Below, in pieces: positions 50,130 through 62,308 of a stretch of DNA of 64,000 nucleotides. Source of the stretch: Octopus sinensis (Eukaryota). Location: positions 40,548,001 through 40,612,000 of the forward strand of contig NC_043015.1 of the NCBI RefSeq assembly GCF_006345805.1, read 5' to 3'. Made by a program: the position numbers and the translations under genes. The notes beneath the pieces were generated by a model. That model did no database searches and was not told the DNA's origin. It saw only the letters and a list, made by a program, of their open reading frames with translations. Within the stretch, counting starts at the first letter, position 1, and each line of letters starts with the position of its first letter.

Positions 50130-50290
50130 ACACACACATATTGATGTTCTTTCAGATTCCACCTATCATATCCACGCACGAAGCTTTGGTTGGCTCGGTT
50201 TAATAGAAGACGCTTGTCCTAGATGCCGTGCTATGGGACTGAACCCCAAACTGCATGGTCATGAAGCAAACTTCTGAAAGAAACAATCCA
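50130..50290 (-). mobile_element. SINE family A, strongly diverged
   Basis: CTTTCAGATTCCACCTATC...AATAGAAGACGCTTG...GGGACTGAACCC. Confidence 0.6.
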
Positions 50291-50510
50291 GCCAAAACAT
50301 GTAAAAGATCCAAGTGGAGTGGATATTAAGACCTGGATAGTCTGTAATCTTAGACTACAGATGAGACTAAAGACATATACAGAGGGCAGCACTATCAGAC
50401 TCCTTCATTTACCAAATACTAGCCACTGGAGGAGATCAGAGGTACTTATGGTGGTGCTCCAGCATGGTCACAGCCCACTCACTGAAACTGGATATATATA
50501 AATATATATT

Positions 50511-50546
<36 letters not shown>

Positions 50547-50547
50547 A

Positions 50548-50757
50548 TTCAAAATGTGACCTCGTTTGTACTGTTGGCGATTTTTTTTCCTCTGTCTTCC
50601 CTTCTCTGGATCTTTCCTTCTCCTTTGTATCCGACGAAGAGCTCCGCTCGAACGTTAAACCCTCATTCTTTTCTTCTCTCCTGAGCATCCAATAATACTA
50701 TATTTGTTCCACCGTCCTCGCGTGTAGTGTTTTCTCTTTGTGTTTTCATGTTTGCAT

Positions 50758-50763
<6 letters not shown>
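50548..50763 (+). mobile_element. Repeat family D copy 4 (opposite orientation; motif lacks one core A)
   Basis: GTAT-CCGACGA-A-GAGC[TCC]GCTC-GAACGTT-AAAC at 50627-50660. Confidence 0.85.
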
Positions 50764-50800
<37 letters not shown>

Positions 50801-52173
50801 ATATATATAATATATCATACATACATACATACATACACCCACACATATATGTATCTACATATACATGTGTGTGTGTACGTATACATACATACATACACAC
50901 ACACACACACGCAGAAGCACATATACAAAATGCCACTCCCCCCACACACACACACAAGCAAAGACATATACACGTGCACACCCTTCCCACGCACACACAC
51001 AGAGCCCAAAGACTACCACTGCTGAGATAACACAGGTTTGACGAATGCTGCCAGACGCCTGCCCTCTGGTGTTCGTTAGAGAAATATTTTAACGAGTTCA
51101 TCCACATACCACATTGATTACCAGAGTAGAACAGATCTGGTTGATGTAAACATGTGTGTCTAGGCATGTAGCCACAAGTCCGCCTTCATCTGTTGCAGGT
51201 GGCTGATCTCACTCATCCGGCGTATGACATAGCATAAACAATTGTATACCTTACAGTCATCATCATCATCATCAGTCGTTAATGATATTTTGTGTCGCAT
51301 CACTGACCCCCCAAGGCCAGTCATGTGACATGGGCTTAACCAACAGTGTCAACAAACCTTCATCAGAACTGTGTGTTTGGGGGTATGTATCTTTGTCTGT
51401 GTATATGCATATGAGTATGTATGTATGCATGTATGTATATATGTATGCATACGTGTGTGTGTGTGTGTGTGTGCATAAGTGTGAGCGTGTGTGTGCGTAA
51501 GTGTGTGTGTGTGTGTGCATAAGTGTGAGCGTGTGTGTGCGTAAGTGCGTGTGTGAGTGTGTGTGTAAGTGTGTGTGTGTGTGTGTAAGTGTGTGTGTGT
51601 GTGTGTGTGCGTGCTTGCAGGCCAAAGACTGGTGTTACGTTGATTGTAAACCGAGCCGGAGATGTTGGTTCAGTTCCTACACCCATCCCATCTCATATCA
51701 CCTGATATCAGCATTTCACTGACACACCTTATACACTGGCTGGCACGCACACACACACACACACACACACGCACATATACACTTGTGTGTGCGTGTGTAT
51801 AAATTAGAGATTGAATTCAAAGAATTTATCAGGGAAAGGGGCGAGGCTGCTCTTCGCGAATGTGTGAGCGCATGTATGTGTGTGTTTGTGTTTTGTATGC
51901 TCGCTTGTGTGTGTGCGTGCAGATGTGCATATGTGTGTGTATTTCGTTTCGCCAATACCATTGAATGGGTCGTGGCCATGCTGGGGCATTACCATAAACA
52001 TTACTACTGCCTTTTTTCTATAGCTGGGTTTTGGTGAATGAGTGAGTCTGATAGTGATACCCCACCACCTCTCTTTCTCTCTCTCACTCACTCACTCTTT
52101 CTCTTTTGGCTTTGTATTTCTATGTAAATCACTAACGCAGCAGTTACTGCTATTTCTAGCTGCTTGGTGTCTA

Positions 52174-52214
52174 TCACTGAAGAGGCCACATCAGGCTGAA
52201 ATCACATGATCTGG
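52174..52214 (+). ncRNA. Candidate minimal hammerhead (CUGAAGA...GAAA, AUC site)
   Basis: UCA-CUGAAGA-GGCC[ACAUCA]GGCU-GAA-AUCA[CA]UGAU-C-UGG. Confidence 0.35.
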
Positions 52215-52551
52215 AAGTCTGTGTGGCAGAAGTAGTGGTGATTGTCTGCCTCTGACGACAGCTACAACGTGGTTTTATGAACAATATAACCATGTGAAAG
52301 TTTTCTCTTGGTAAATAGTACAGTATTTGTGTTTTCTAATGCAACATCCTCTTTTAAGTGGTGAATATTTTACTTGACAGACAGACAGACATATGCATGC
52401 ATATATGTTAATATCAAACATTGAGAATGAGTGCTCAGCACTGCATTGGTGGTTAAATATTCCTTATGTGTGGTTTAATGAGGCTACAAATGGTTTCATG
52501 AGAAGAGCTCTTTGCATGAAACCATTGGTAACCTTGAGAACCCACAAGTAA

Positions 52552-52586
<35 letters not shown>

Positions 52587-52590
<4 letters not shown>

Positions 52591-52886
52591 ATGATCACGT
52601 GACCGACCAGACCATCAGATGTTGTTACACATCGCTGGTCACAATGCGTTCGCATTGTTTTAGCCTTTGAATGACGCCACCCCGCTGGCTAACGAGCAGG
52701 CTAACAGAGGAAAGAGTGGGAGAAACAGTGGTGAAAGAGTACAGCAGGGTCACCACTTCTGCCGGTGCTCGTGGAGCTTTTAGGTGTTTTCGCTCAATAA
52801 ACACACACAACGCCCGGTCTGGGAATCGAAACCGCGATCCTCCGACCGCGAGTCCGCTACCCTAACCACTGGGCCATTGCGCATCC
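52587..52886 (-). mobile_element. tRNA-derived SINE family F, tail type 1
   Basis: Minus head GGATGCGCAATGGCCCAGTGGTTAGGGTAGCGGACTCGCGGTCGGAGG...GTTTCGATTCCCAGACCGGGCGTTG, shared with 56534. Confidence 0.85.
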
Positions 52887-52907
52887 ATATATAAATATAT
52901 ATATATA

Positions 52908-52950
<43 letters not shown>

Positions 52951-55219
52951 AAATGGAGAAAGATGGATGTATGAATAAATTGTTTGATATAAAGATGTTA
53001 AAATTTTTTATAATAACAATACAAATAAATCATAAGTTGTAAAGCTCAAAAAGAAATGGTGGATGTGAAGAACCTACATATATGTTTCGGTTCATGCCCC
53101 TAGCTATATGTAATTCTAAGCATTTGGCTCTATGCTAAGAATTGGCATCATTTTCAAGTATATGGGCCTTGTGCCCAGCATAGAAAAGAATGTTGTCTGT
53201 TCTACACGTGTAAATACGGTAATACCTTTTTTTCCCAATTGAGGTGTTCTTGCATTCTGATGTCTTTCAGAGACACAAATGATTTGAATTTGAGACTGTC
53301 CTTCCACAGAGCAGGAATTCTAGTCAATATTTATTGCTAAATATTCACACATGGTAACAGACAGGGATGTGGGAAGGATTCTTTTGGTAAGGGAGAGGAA
53401 GGAACCAGATGGGACTGAGTTCTTAAGGAAAAGATGAGAAGTGTGTGTGTGTGTGAAGGAGGGGGTGAGTATATCCCGTTTGTTTGTGTTTTACGCAACA
53501 CTTCCGGAATTTGTAATTGATATTCTTCAGTGCAAGAATTTTGATGATTAAATTTTCCCCTGTGGCACAAAAGTGCTTCCGTACATATGTGTATGTGAGG
53601 AGAGAGAGAGGATGCATACCATGGACAGGTGGCCAGCAATGAAGGTTCAATTCTTGATTACCCCCCAACCCCTTCACACCCTTCATTCCTTATAAGTGTT
53701 GTTTATCATCAAGTCAACCTTGATTGAGTAAGTGATCTATAAACAAAGACATTCCATTCATGACCATCCTGTTTTCCAAAACTATCAAATGCGACCTTTC
53801 TAAAGACGGGGGTGAAGGACAAACAAAGTTGATTGTCAAGAATGCAAATCAATACAACCAGGTATCTAGTCCCTCAATGTCGCTCCAACACCATAAGAGA
53901 TCTCTAATGAAGGTAGACACTCCCATATTTTGTCATTCTCAAGGAGGGACCCATCAAGTATTAATTAGGTTGACCCCTGGAAGGGTGAAAGGCAAGATTT
54001 GAACTCAAAACTACTGCTGTTACCAAAACCACTAAACCACAATGGATTTAAAGACACCCATAATGCCATCACTCACACACACCTTCACCACAGGAGGCAA
54101 GGAGGGAGCCTCTACAGGGTTGCTAGAAAGAGCAGCCAAATTTCCCTCAAATCATCCCTTACCCGCCACCATTTTAGAAAAGGACCATACTTATAATGCA
54201 GCACTGGGTTTTCTGTACAAACAAAAAAAAAGATGGAATGGTCATATCTGGAATGTCTTTGATCCTAGGTCTGCTCTTGATCTGATATTGCGAAGAGCTA
54301 AACAACAACCTCTGCTGTGCACACACACACACTCTGTCTCACACACACACACTCTGTCTCACACACACACACACTCTGTCTCACACACACACACACAACA
54401 CTCTCTCTCTCACACACACACACACACACATTCTGCTCACTGCACACACACACACAGACTCCTCCATAAACACATATCTCCAGATGCAGTAACTTTTAAC
54501 ACACACACTTCTAACTCATATACGCACACATCCACATACATGCCTCTATAAACACACAGACACACTCTTACACCTCCACCAGCTTACACACACACACACA
54601 CACACACACCACACACAGACACATCCCCTGTCATTGCCCTAGATTGCACATACACCACCCACACACAAACACACTCACCAACTACCTACCTCCACCCCCA
54701 CCCCCACCCCCAAAACCAGGAACTCTACCACAAGATTTCACACGAAACAAAACAAAAAACAAAACAAATTCTTCCCCAAACAAGAAAAATTGTTCTTTTC
54801 AGAAATACGACAAAAAAATGCTGACTTGACAAAACTTGCTTTTAACACCACCACCACCACCGCCAACAACAGGTACCCCTTGGGTGTAAAGGGTGGTGAT
54901 TAATATTTTGTTGTTGTTGTATTATTATTATTATTATTAGTAGTATGTAGTAGTAGTAGTAGTAGTAGTAGCCAATGGAATTCATGTTTGACATACTTCT
55001 CATGATATTAATAACCACATAAGCCCCCATTTTACGTATGTATTATATATATATATATATATGGAAACTCCCTCTAAGATAGTGTTGCAATTTTTTTCTG
55101 TGAGTTGATGCTCCTCGGGGTGGGGGGGTGGCATCGGTGGAGCAGTTAAGTTGACAATCACGAACAGTCATGTGACTTGGGTGTTTCCGCTTGAGGAAGC
55201 ACGTACACACACATACATT

Positions 55220-55460
55220 ATATATGTATGTGTGTGTGTATATATATATACACACATATACATACATTATATATATACATACATATATATATATATATAT
55301 ACACACATCATCATCATCGTTTAACGTCTGTTCTCCATGATGATGATGATGATGATGTGTATATATATATACACACATATATATATATACATATATATAC
55401 ATATATATATACATATATACATATACATATATACATATACATATATACATATATATATAT

Positions 55461-55491
<31 letters not shown>

Positions 55492-55520
55492 CATACATAT
55501 ATATATATATAGATATAGAC
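55220..55520. repeat. (TA)/(TACA)/(GAT) compound microsatellite
   Basis: Directly visible. Confidence 0.9.
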
Positions 55521-55670
55521 AGATAGATGCACATATACATACTCAATATATGCATACACACACACACACACATGCACACACGCATACACATGCTTATACA
55601 TATATAGATCCAAACGAACACACACACACACATACATACAAACTTCCAGAAATAGAGCAACATGTGTGCT

Positions 55671-55712
<42 letters not shown>

Positions 55713-56021
55713 CCACCCTGCACCCCATCGCCACCTTAATTGAATTCCGGACCAAAAACACCCCTTAAACAATGTGCAAGAAGGGAGGCTCCCTTTTGAA
55801 ACCCTCTAACCTAATTTTTCTTTATGGTTTTGTTCCCTAGTCTGTTTGTTATAGGGATGGGAGGAGTGGTTATTCCCTATCCACCCCTATAACCCTATCC
55901 CATCACAACCAAACACCACCACCACCACCACCACCAGAAAAAAAATAAGACCCCAGACACAGAACACAGAAAAAAAATCTGAATATAAATGAATGAGGAT
56001 CGGAGAACCTGTAGCTTCTAT

Positions 56022-56290
56022 TTTTAACTGGGACAATAACACCCACCTATTTTAACTGGGACAACGGCAACCCTTTATTTTTATTGGGATGACCACCAGC
56101 CTTGTATTTTAACTGGGACAATATTCATCCACAAATTTCTCCTTAAACAGGGGTTACCACAGCTACCCTATTTTAACTGGGTTGACAACAGCCCTCCCCT
56201 GCTTCAACTTGGGTAACAAAAGCTACTCCCACCTCCTTTTCAACTGCAGTAACATCCTCCACCTTTTTTTTTAAATGGGGTCACAGCAAA
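56022..56290. repeat. Degenerate ~28-32-bp minisatellite (TTTTAACTGGGACAA...)
   Basis: TTTAACTGGG-like motif recurs about 8 times with progressive divergence. Confidence 0.7.
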
Positions 56291-56435
56291 CCCATTTTGT
56301 TATATGCAACTTTTTACCAAGGGGGGGGGGGACCCCTCAATGTATCTTTATTTTTAAACATAAAGTATCACATAAACTTAACAAAAATAAAACAAAATAA
56401 AAATGTACAACAGAACAAAAAGTCACAAATAATCT

Positions 56436-57250
56436 CTAAAAAGGCTGGTCAGTCCTTGTCATGGGTCCAGTGGACAAAATGGGAGAAGTATTGCCCTGGA
56501 GGATGGCGAGGGAAATGGACAGCAACAGCCAGTGGAGGCGCAATGGCCCAGTGGTTAGGGCAGCGGACTCTCGGTCGGAAGATCGCGGTTTCGATTCCCA
56601 GACCGGGCGTTGTGTGTGTTTATTGAGTGAAAACACCTAAAGCTCCACGAGGCTCCGGCAGGGGGGTGGGGTGGCGACCCCTGTTGTACTCTTTCGCCAC
56701 AACTTTCTCTCACTCTTTCTTCCTGTTTCTTGTCCCCGACTTCCTACGCAACCGCTGCGCCTGGATGTGCATTCATCCATCCGTCGATGCTCTCGGTGTC
56801 GGGGATTGACCTGTTTTCTCTTCTGCAGGTCTTACGAATAGCAAAGGACCACGTTTCGAACTTCTCCCATCTTGTGAGCTCTGGGACGAAGACCGTTCGC
56901 TCAACAAACAAACAAACAAACAAACAGCAACAGAAATTCTGACTCATGGGCTTGCGCTTGCAGGCAACCAGCTCCAGCCTGATAGCAGTGAGCAGGGACA
57001 TCACCCAGGGATCTGAGAAGGCCAAAGGTCTCTGCTGCCACAGGCTTGACCACAAAGTTGTCAGAGAATAGCCGATACTGTTACTCCAGTCTACTCTGCT
57101 GTAAGTGAAGCGCAACCGAGTGATGGCACAATCCTCTCACCCCTTCCAGTTGTCACATTCTAGATGCACCACTGAGTCAAGGGCTGACAGTGTGCTACCT
57201 ATGTCTGTGTCTAAAACAAGCTGCCAGAACATACCAGCTTGCAAGACTCT
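56436..57250 (-). mobile_element. Decayed CRE-like RLE retrotransposon C-terminus interrupted by a SINE
   Basis: Removing the SINE and one TSD restores the frame ...QYRLFSDNFVVKPVAAETFGLLRSLG...HESEFLLLSISLAILQGNTSPILST...QPF*, matching FxPxAxETxG...FLxQRxSxAxQRGNAxxI; TVSP*LSG and CI*NVTT relics lie upstream. Confidence 0.65.
56534..56923 (+). mobile_element. tRNA-derived SINE family F, tail type 2, (AAAC)n end, 10-bp TSD
   Basis: Head GGAGGCGCAATGGCCCAGTGGTTAGGG; TSD ACAGCAACAG at 56519-56528 and 56924-56933. Confidence 0.88.
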
Positions 57251-57254
57251 GGTC

Positions 57255-57445
57255 TCACGTAAAAATCGCTGGTGATGGTGCCACATAAAAATCACCCAGG
57301 ACACTCTGTAAAGTGGAAGGGCATCCAGCTGTAGGAACCAAGCCAAAACGAATTAGGGAACCTGGAGCAGCTCCTGACTTTTCCAGCTCCTGTCAAACTG
57401 TCCAACCCATGCCAGCATGGAAAACAGACACTAAATAATGATGGT
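57255..57445 (+). mobile_element. SINE family C fragment
   Basis: GAAGGGCATCCAGCTGTAG...AACCCATGCCAGCATGGAAAACAGAC. Confidence 0.75.
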
Positions 57446-57499
57446 ACACACACACATCATGTGTGTGTGCATGTGTATAAAATTATATAATAATGATGA

Positions 57500-57760
57500 T
57501 GATGATACGTATTATATATATATATATACGTATATATAGTCTATATATATAATATGTATATATATATATGTATAATATATATATGATATATATATATATA
57601 TATACATATATATATGTATATATATATATATATATATTATATGTATAATATATATATATACATATATATAGTATATATATATAATATATTATATATACAT
57701 AATATTATATATACATATAAATATATATACTTATATATATACTACAAAATTAGAAAATGG
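57500..57760. repeat. (TA)n-rich microsatellite block
   Basis: Directly visible. Confidence 0.95.
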
Positions 57761-57842
57761 AGAAACATACTTAAATCAATCAAACATCAACCAACAGATG
57801 ATACCCAATCAATACTTTATTACACCATATATATATATATCA

Positions 57843-58060
57843 ATCATCATTTAACGTCTTAATTTCCATGTTAGCATGGGTGGGATGGTACCACAAGAGC
57901 TAGCCAGTCCGAAGCCTGCACTAGACTTCTGTGACTATTTTGACAGCATTTTTACAGCTGGATGCCCTTCCTAACACCAACCACTCAGCAGAGTGGCTCT
58001 TAGTGCTTTTTATGTGGCACAAGCACAGGTGAAGTGAGTAGCACTTTTTACGTGGCACAA
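57843..58060 (-). mobile_element. SINE family C copy
   Basis: CATTTAACGTC...CAGCTGGATGCCCTTCCTAACACCAACCAC. Confidence 0.8.
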
Positions 58061-58176
58061 GCACAGATATATATATATATATATAGATAAGTAAGTTGGT
58101 TTGTGAAAGCACGTGGTTGAATATATATCGTCAGCGGATCAGATCATATATCAGAAAAACAAAACACACTCTAAAC

Positions 58177-58545
58177 CAGTGCTTCTCAACCTTTTTGACC
58201 CTTGTGTAACCCTTAAAATAAATTACATGTCTCAAGGAACCACCCCTGCACAAAAAAAAAAAATTATATACCAATATCTTTCTCATTGTAGTTCACGTGG
58301 TAAATATCATATATATATATATATGATATTTACCACGTGAACTATAATATATATATATATATATCTACATATATATATACATATGGTTGTTATACGTTTC
58401 TTATAACATAACAGGTTAGATAGGATGATGTCTATATTAAAATATGACAATAACCAATGATACGTAGTGTATGTCTAGTAATATTACAATCATGAAATTA
58501 GCATTAGCTTATCTCACTCTTTTCACGTGGAACCCCTAGGAAGCC
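58177..58545 (+). mobile_element. hAT-like non-autonomous element, left end only
   Basis: CAGTGCTTCTCAACC terminus typical of hAT/Charlie TIRs, GAACCCCT internal motif; no right TIR found. Confidence 0.45.
58285..58348. repeat. 64-bp near-perfect palindrome centred on (AT)n
   Basis: ATTGTAGTTCACGTGGTAAATATCAT(AT)n ATGATATTTACCACGTGAACTATAAT; one mismatch. Confidence 0.9.
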
Positions 58546-58702
58546 TTTGCAAAATGCTGCTCTATAGGATGGAGCATTAATGAATATTTAACTGCACGTA
58601 AATACATATACACCCCTGCTAACACCATCCACCAACTCTGAGGCTCTGGCAGCTCCAAGTTCTGATATGCTGTACTATGTTAGTAGTCCTGATAAATCCT
58701 TC

Positions 58703-58744
<42 letters not shown>

Positions 58745-59097
58745 CGGAAGGAGGGGGGAGGGAGACTGGAGCCAACTAACAGCTGAGTCATAATAAAGAC
58801 TTATTCTTAAGCTGTGGAGAAGTGGCGGTGGTGCGGAGGGGGGAGGTCACTGGAACAATGTCTGCAGACTTCAAGGTTGTCCTAACGACATATTTTCAAA
58901 AGATTAATTAACTGTGAGATTTCTGTTTGACCCTGATTGTGGAGTTCAAAGGTCAGTCCATACTTGAGGTTGCTGGCCTTAAATGCCTTTGATTCGGTCA
59001 ACAGTGCAGAATGAGGTGCAAGGGAGCGAGGGATGATGTGGTGCTCTCTGTGACCGACCAGTCACACAGAACCTCCTCTCAATTACAGTTGAACTTG

Positions 59098-59169
59098 AAA
59101 GCCTTGTGAGTGGATTTGGTAGGCAGAAACTGAAAGAAGCCCATCCTATACATACATACATACATACAT

Positions 59170-59201
<32 letters not shown>

Positions 59202-59408
59202 GTTTATGAGTGTCTTTGTGTCTGTGTTTATCACTCATCACTGTTTGATAACCGGTGTAGGTGTGTTTACATCCCTGCAACTTAGCAGAATAAGTATAAG
59301 GGTTTAAAAGAAAAACAAAATGTGCTGGAGGTTGATTCATTCAACTAAAATCTTTCAAGGTGATGGCCCAGCATGGCCACAGTGTAATGACTGAAACAAG
59401 TAAAAGAT
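59098..59408 (+). mobile_element. SINE family A, 5'-truncated, CpG-decayed
   Basis: GCCTTGTGAGTGGATTTGG...CAGCATGGCCACAG...GAAACAAGTAAAAGA. Confidence 0.8.
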
Positions 59409-59789
59409 ATCAGAAATATAAAATTTCTAAATATCTCATAGAGATATGTATGGTGGTGGGGCGATATAATGGTTGTATACTGTCAACTCAACATGACAGT
59501 AGGGGATTACACCACCGCTGTTTAGCCCTAGGAACATCGAACGGTTCCTGTCGGCTTCGACACACTTCCTGTGTCCTTATATATTTACGAAGGGGAGACA
59601 AATACCCCCAACAGTAAAAGATATATATATATGTATGAGGAGATGGACAAGGAGCTGAAACTCTTGGCAATTTGTTGTGCATAAGGGGACACGCCAAGCT
59701 AAGCAAAACCATGGCCATCAATATAGAAAGGCAGGCCCTTCATGGCTATGCCCTGAATTCACTCGCTCAGCTGAGAGGTCTTTGTCTTG

Positions 59790-60087
59790 TGAGCTCGCAG
59801 GTGTTGGTTCCACATAAAAAGCATCCATGCAAGTACCATGTAAATGCACTGGTGCCGGTGCCACAAAGGCGGCATCTGTGCAGGTGATGCATTAAAAGTA
59901 CTCTTGTTGGTGCCAAATATATATATAAAGCACTGGTGTTGTTGTCATGCAAAAACCACCCAGTTCTTTCTGCAAAGTGGTTGGTGTTAGGAAGGGCACC
60001 CAGCCATAGAAACCATGCCAAAACAGCCAACTGGAACCTGGTGCAGCTCTCCAGTTCACCAGCTATCATCTTCATCATTATCATCAT
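59790..60087 (+). mobile_element. SINE family C, diverged
   Basis: GTGGTTGGTGTTAGGAAGGGCACCCAGCC; internal units upstream. Confidence 0.65.
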
Positions 60088-60092
60088 ACATA

Positions 60093-60316
60093 TACAATGG
60101 GGTGCTGAAAAATTCCTGGCTTTAAGGGTTTCATGAAAGACCTGGTTGAAAGTCCAACCTTCAGAGTTCTTTAACAGGGCTTAAAAAACGGAAGGACTGG
60201 TGCAATAAGTGTATGAACCTGAAAGGGGAATATGTTGAATAAAATCATAATTAACTGATCCTCCCCTATTTTCTTTTACTCAAAGCCAAGAACTTTCCAG
60301 CACCCACCCCCTTGTA
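60093..60316 (+). mobile_element. Mariner internal-deletion derivative
   Basis: TIR-like ends TACAATGGGGTGCTGAAAAATTCCTGGCTTT / AAAGCCAAGAACTTTCCAGCACCCACCCCCTTGTA with TA flanks; residual transposase C-terminus GLKKRKDWCNKCMNLKGEYVE*. Confidence 0.8.
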
Positions 60317-60431
60317 TATACAGGTGGTCCTTATTTTATTGGAGAAGGGTGAAGCACTGAGTTAATCCTGAACAAACTGATTTGATTATTATAGTGAATA
60401 GGTTGTGATACAGCAGAAAGCGTTTCTACAC

Positions 60432-60845
60432 AAAGGCAGCGAACTGGCAGAAACGTTAGCACACCGGGCAAAATGCTCAGCAGTATTTTGTCTGTCGTTA
60501 CGTTCTGAGTTCAAATTCCGCCGAGGTCAACTTTGCCTTTCATCCTTTTCGGGGTCAATAAATAAAGTACCAGTTTCGCACTGGGGTCGATATAATCAAC
60601 TTAATCCTTTTGTCTGTCCTTGTTTTTCCCCTCTATGTTTAGCCTCTTGTGGGTAGTAAAGAAATAGGTATTTTGTCTCTGTTACGTTCTGAGTTCAAAT
60701 TCCGCTGAGGTCAATTTTGCCTTTCATCCTTTCGAGGTCAATTAAATAAGTACCAGTTACGCACTGGGGTTGATATAATTGACTTAATCCGTTTGTCCTT
60801 ATTTGTCCCCTCTATGTTTAGCCCCTTGTGGGCAATAAAGAAATA
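60432..60845 (+). mobile_element. SINE family B head-to-tail dimer within one TSD pair
   Basis: Full unit, then a second unit starting at GGTATTTTGTC (60667); TSD AGAAA(G/A)CGTTTCTACAC at 60415-60431 and 60846-60862. Confidence 0.9.
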
Positions 60846-61287
60846 AGAAAACGTTTCTACACTGTCTTTTAGTTAATTACACTAATGAAGCACTCAAGGA
60901 AGATATTTTACCAACTTACAATAAATAATATATGTAAGGCAACCCAGTAAGAACTCTAGCAACTTGTAATTATTCCATTAATTACATTAATAGCATGATT
61001 AGTAAGAACATTCTAATAACTTCTAATTAATCATATAAGGCAACTAATGAGGAGATTTTAGCAACGCCTAATTAATTACACCAATAAGGTAATTAGTGAG
61101 GCATTGTAGAAAGTCGTTAACAAATTGTAGGACATTCTAAATAACTTTTTTTTCATTAAGGGAATTGGCGAGGAGATTGTAGCGACTTCTAATTAACTGG
61201 TTATACCATTAAGGCAATCAGTTAAGACATTCCAAGTAATGCCCCGTTAATTAATCATAAATTATAACAATCATTAAAGACATTCTA

Positions 61288-61470
61288 TCATCATCATCAT
61301 ACATTTGTTTTCCATGCTGGCATGGGTTGGACAGCCTGACAGGAGCTGGTAAACCAGAGAACCACACCAGAATCCAACTGTCAGGTTTGGTATAGTCTCT
61401 ACTGCAGGATGCACTTCCTAATTTCAACTTTACAAAGTGCATTGGGTGCTTTTGACATGGCACCAGCACC
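61288..61470 (-). mobile_element. SINE family C 3' part leading into a minisatellite
   Basis: TTTCCATGCTGGCATGGGTTGGAC...GGGTGCTTTTGACATGGCACCAGC. Confidence 0.75.
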
Positions 61471-61965
61471 ACAGCTTTATACAGGGTACCAGCACAGGTG
61501 CTCTATATATCGTACCAGCACCACTGCTTTATACAGGGTACCAGCACCACAGCTTTATACAGGGTACCAGTACAACAGGTGCTCTATATATCGTACCAGC
61601 ACCACTGCTTTGTACAGGGTACCAGCACCACTGCTTTATACAGCGTACCAGCACCACTGCTTTATACAGGGTACCAGCACCACTGCTTTGTACAGGGTAT
61701 CAGCACCACAGCTTTATACAGGGTACAAGCACCACTGCTTTATACAGGGTACCAGTACAACAGGTGCTCTATATATCGTACCAGCACCACTGCTTTATAC
61801 AGGGTACCAGCACAGGTGCTCTATATATCGTACCAGCACCACTGCTTTATACAAGGTACCAGCACCACTGCTTTATACAGGGTACCAGCACCACAGTTTT
61901 ATACAAGGTACCAGCACCACTGCTTTATACAGGGTACCAGCACGGGTGCTCTATATGTGGTACCA
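61462..61965. repeat. 26-bp two-variant minisatellite (~19 units)
   Basis: Unit A ACCAGCACCACTGCTTTATACAGGGT, unit B ACCAGCACAGGTGCTCTATATATCGT, plus a 29-bp variant; explains ORFs 61409-62057. Confidence 0.92.
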
Positions 61966-62277
61966 TTATAGGTGCTTTTACATGGTGCCAGCAACTAAGT
62001 GGTTATAGCAATAAGGCAATTAGTGAAGACACTGAAAGGCAATTACCAATTAATTAAGCCACTGAGACAAGTTGTTGAGGACACTTATTGAGACAACCAC
62101 CCACTTCCCATCCAGTCATCATCCACACAACATTGGTCAAAGTGGCACCAACCATCCTTTTGCACTCAGTTCTTTATTCAGATCTCCAGTTCTACAATTG
62201 ATCTGCATATTCCAGCACAACTGCTGCTGCTGATGCTAGTAGTAGTAGTAGTGGTGGTGGTGGTAGTAGTAGTAGTA

Positions 62278-62308
<31 letters not shown>

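Noticed and set aside
52250-52312. Second CUGACGA...GAAA near 52254
   Set aside because: Eight unpaired bases between core and stem II, and no stem I; not hammerhead topology.
61462-61965. CRISPR-like appearance of the 26-bp array
   Set aside because: Units are directly tandem with no unique spacers, eukaryotic context, no cas genes.
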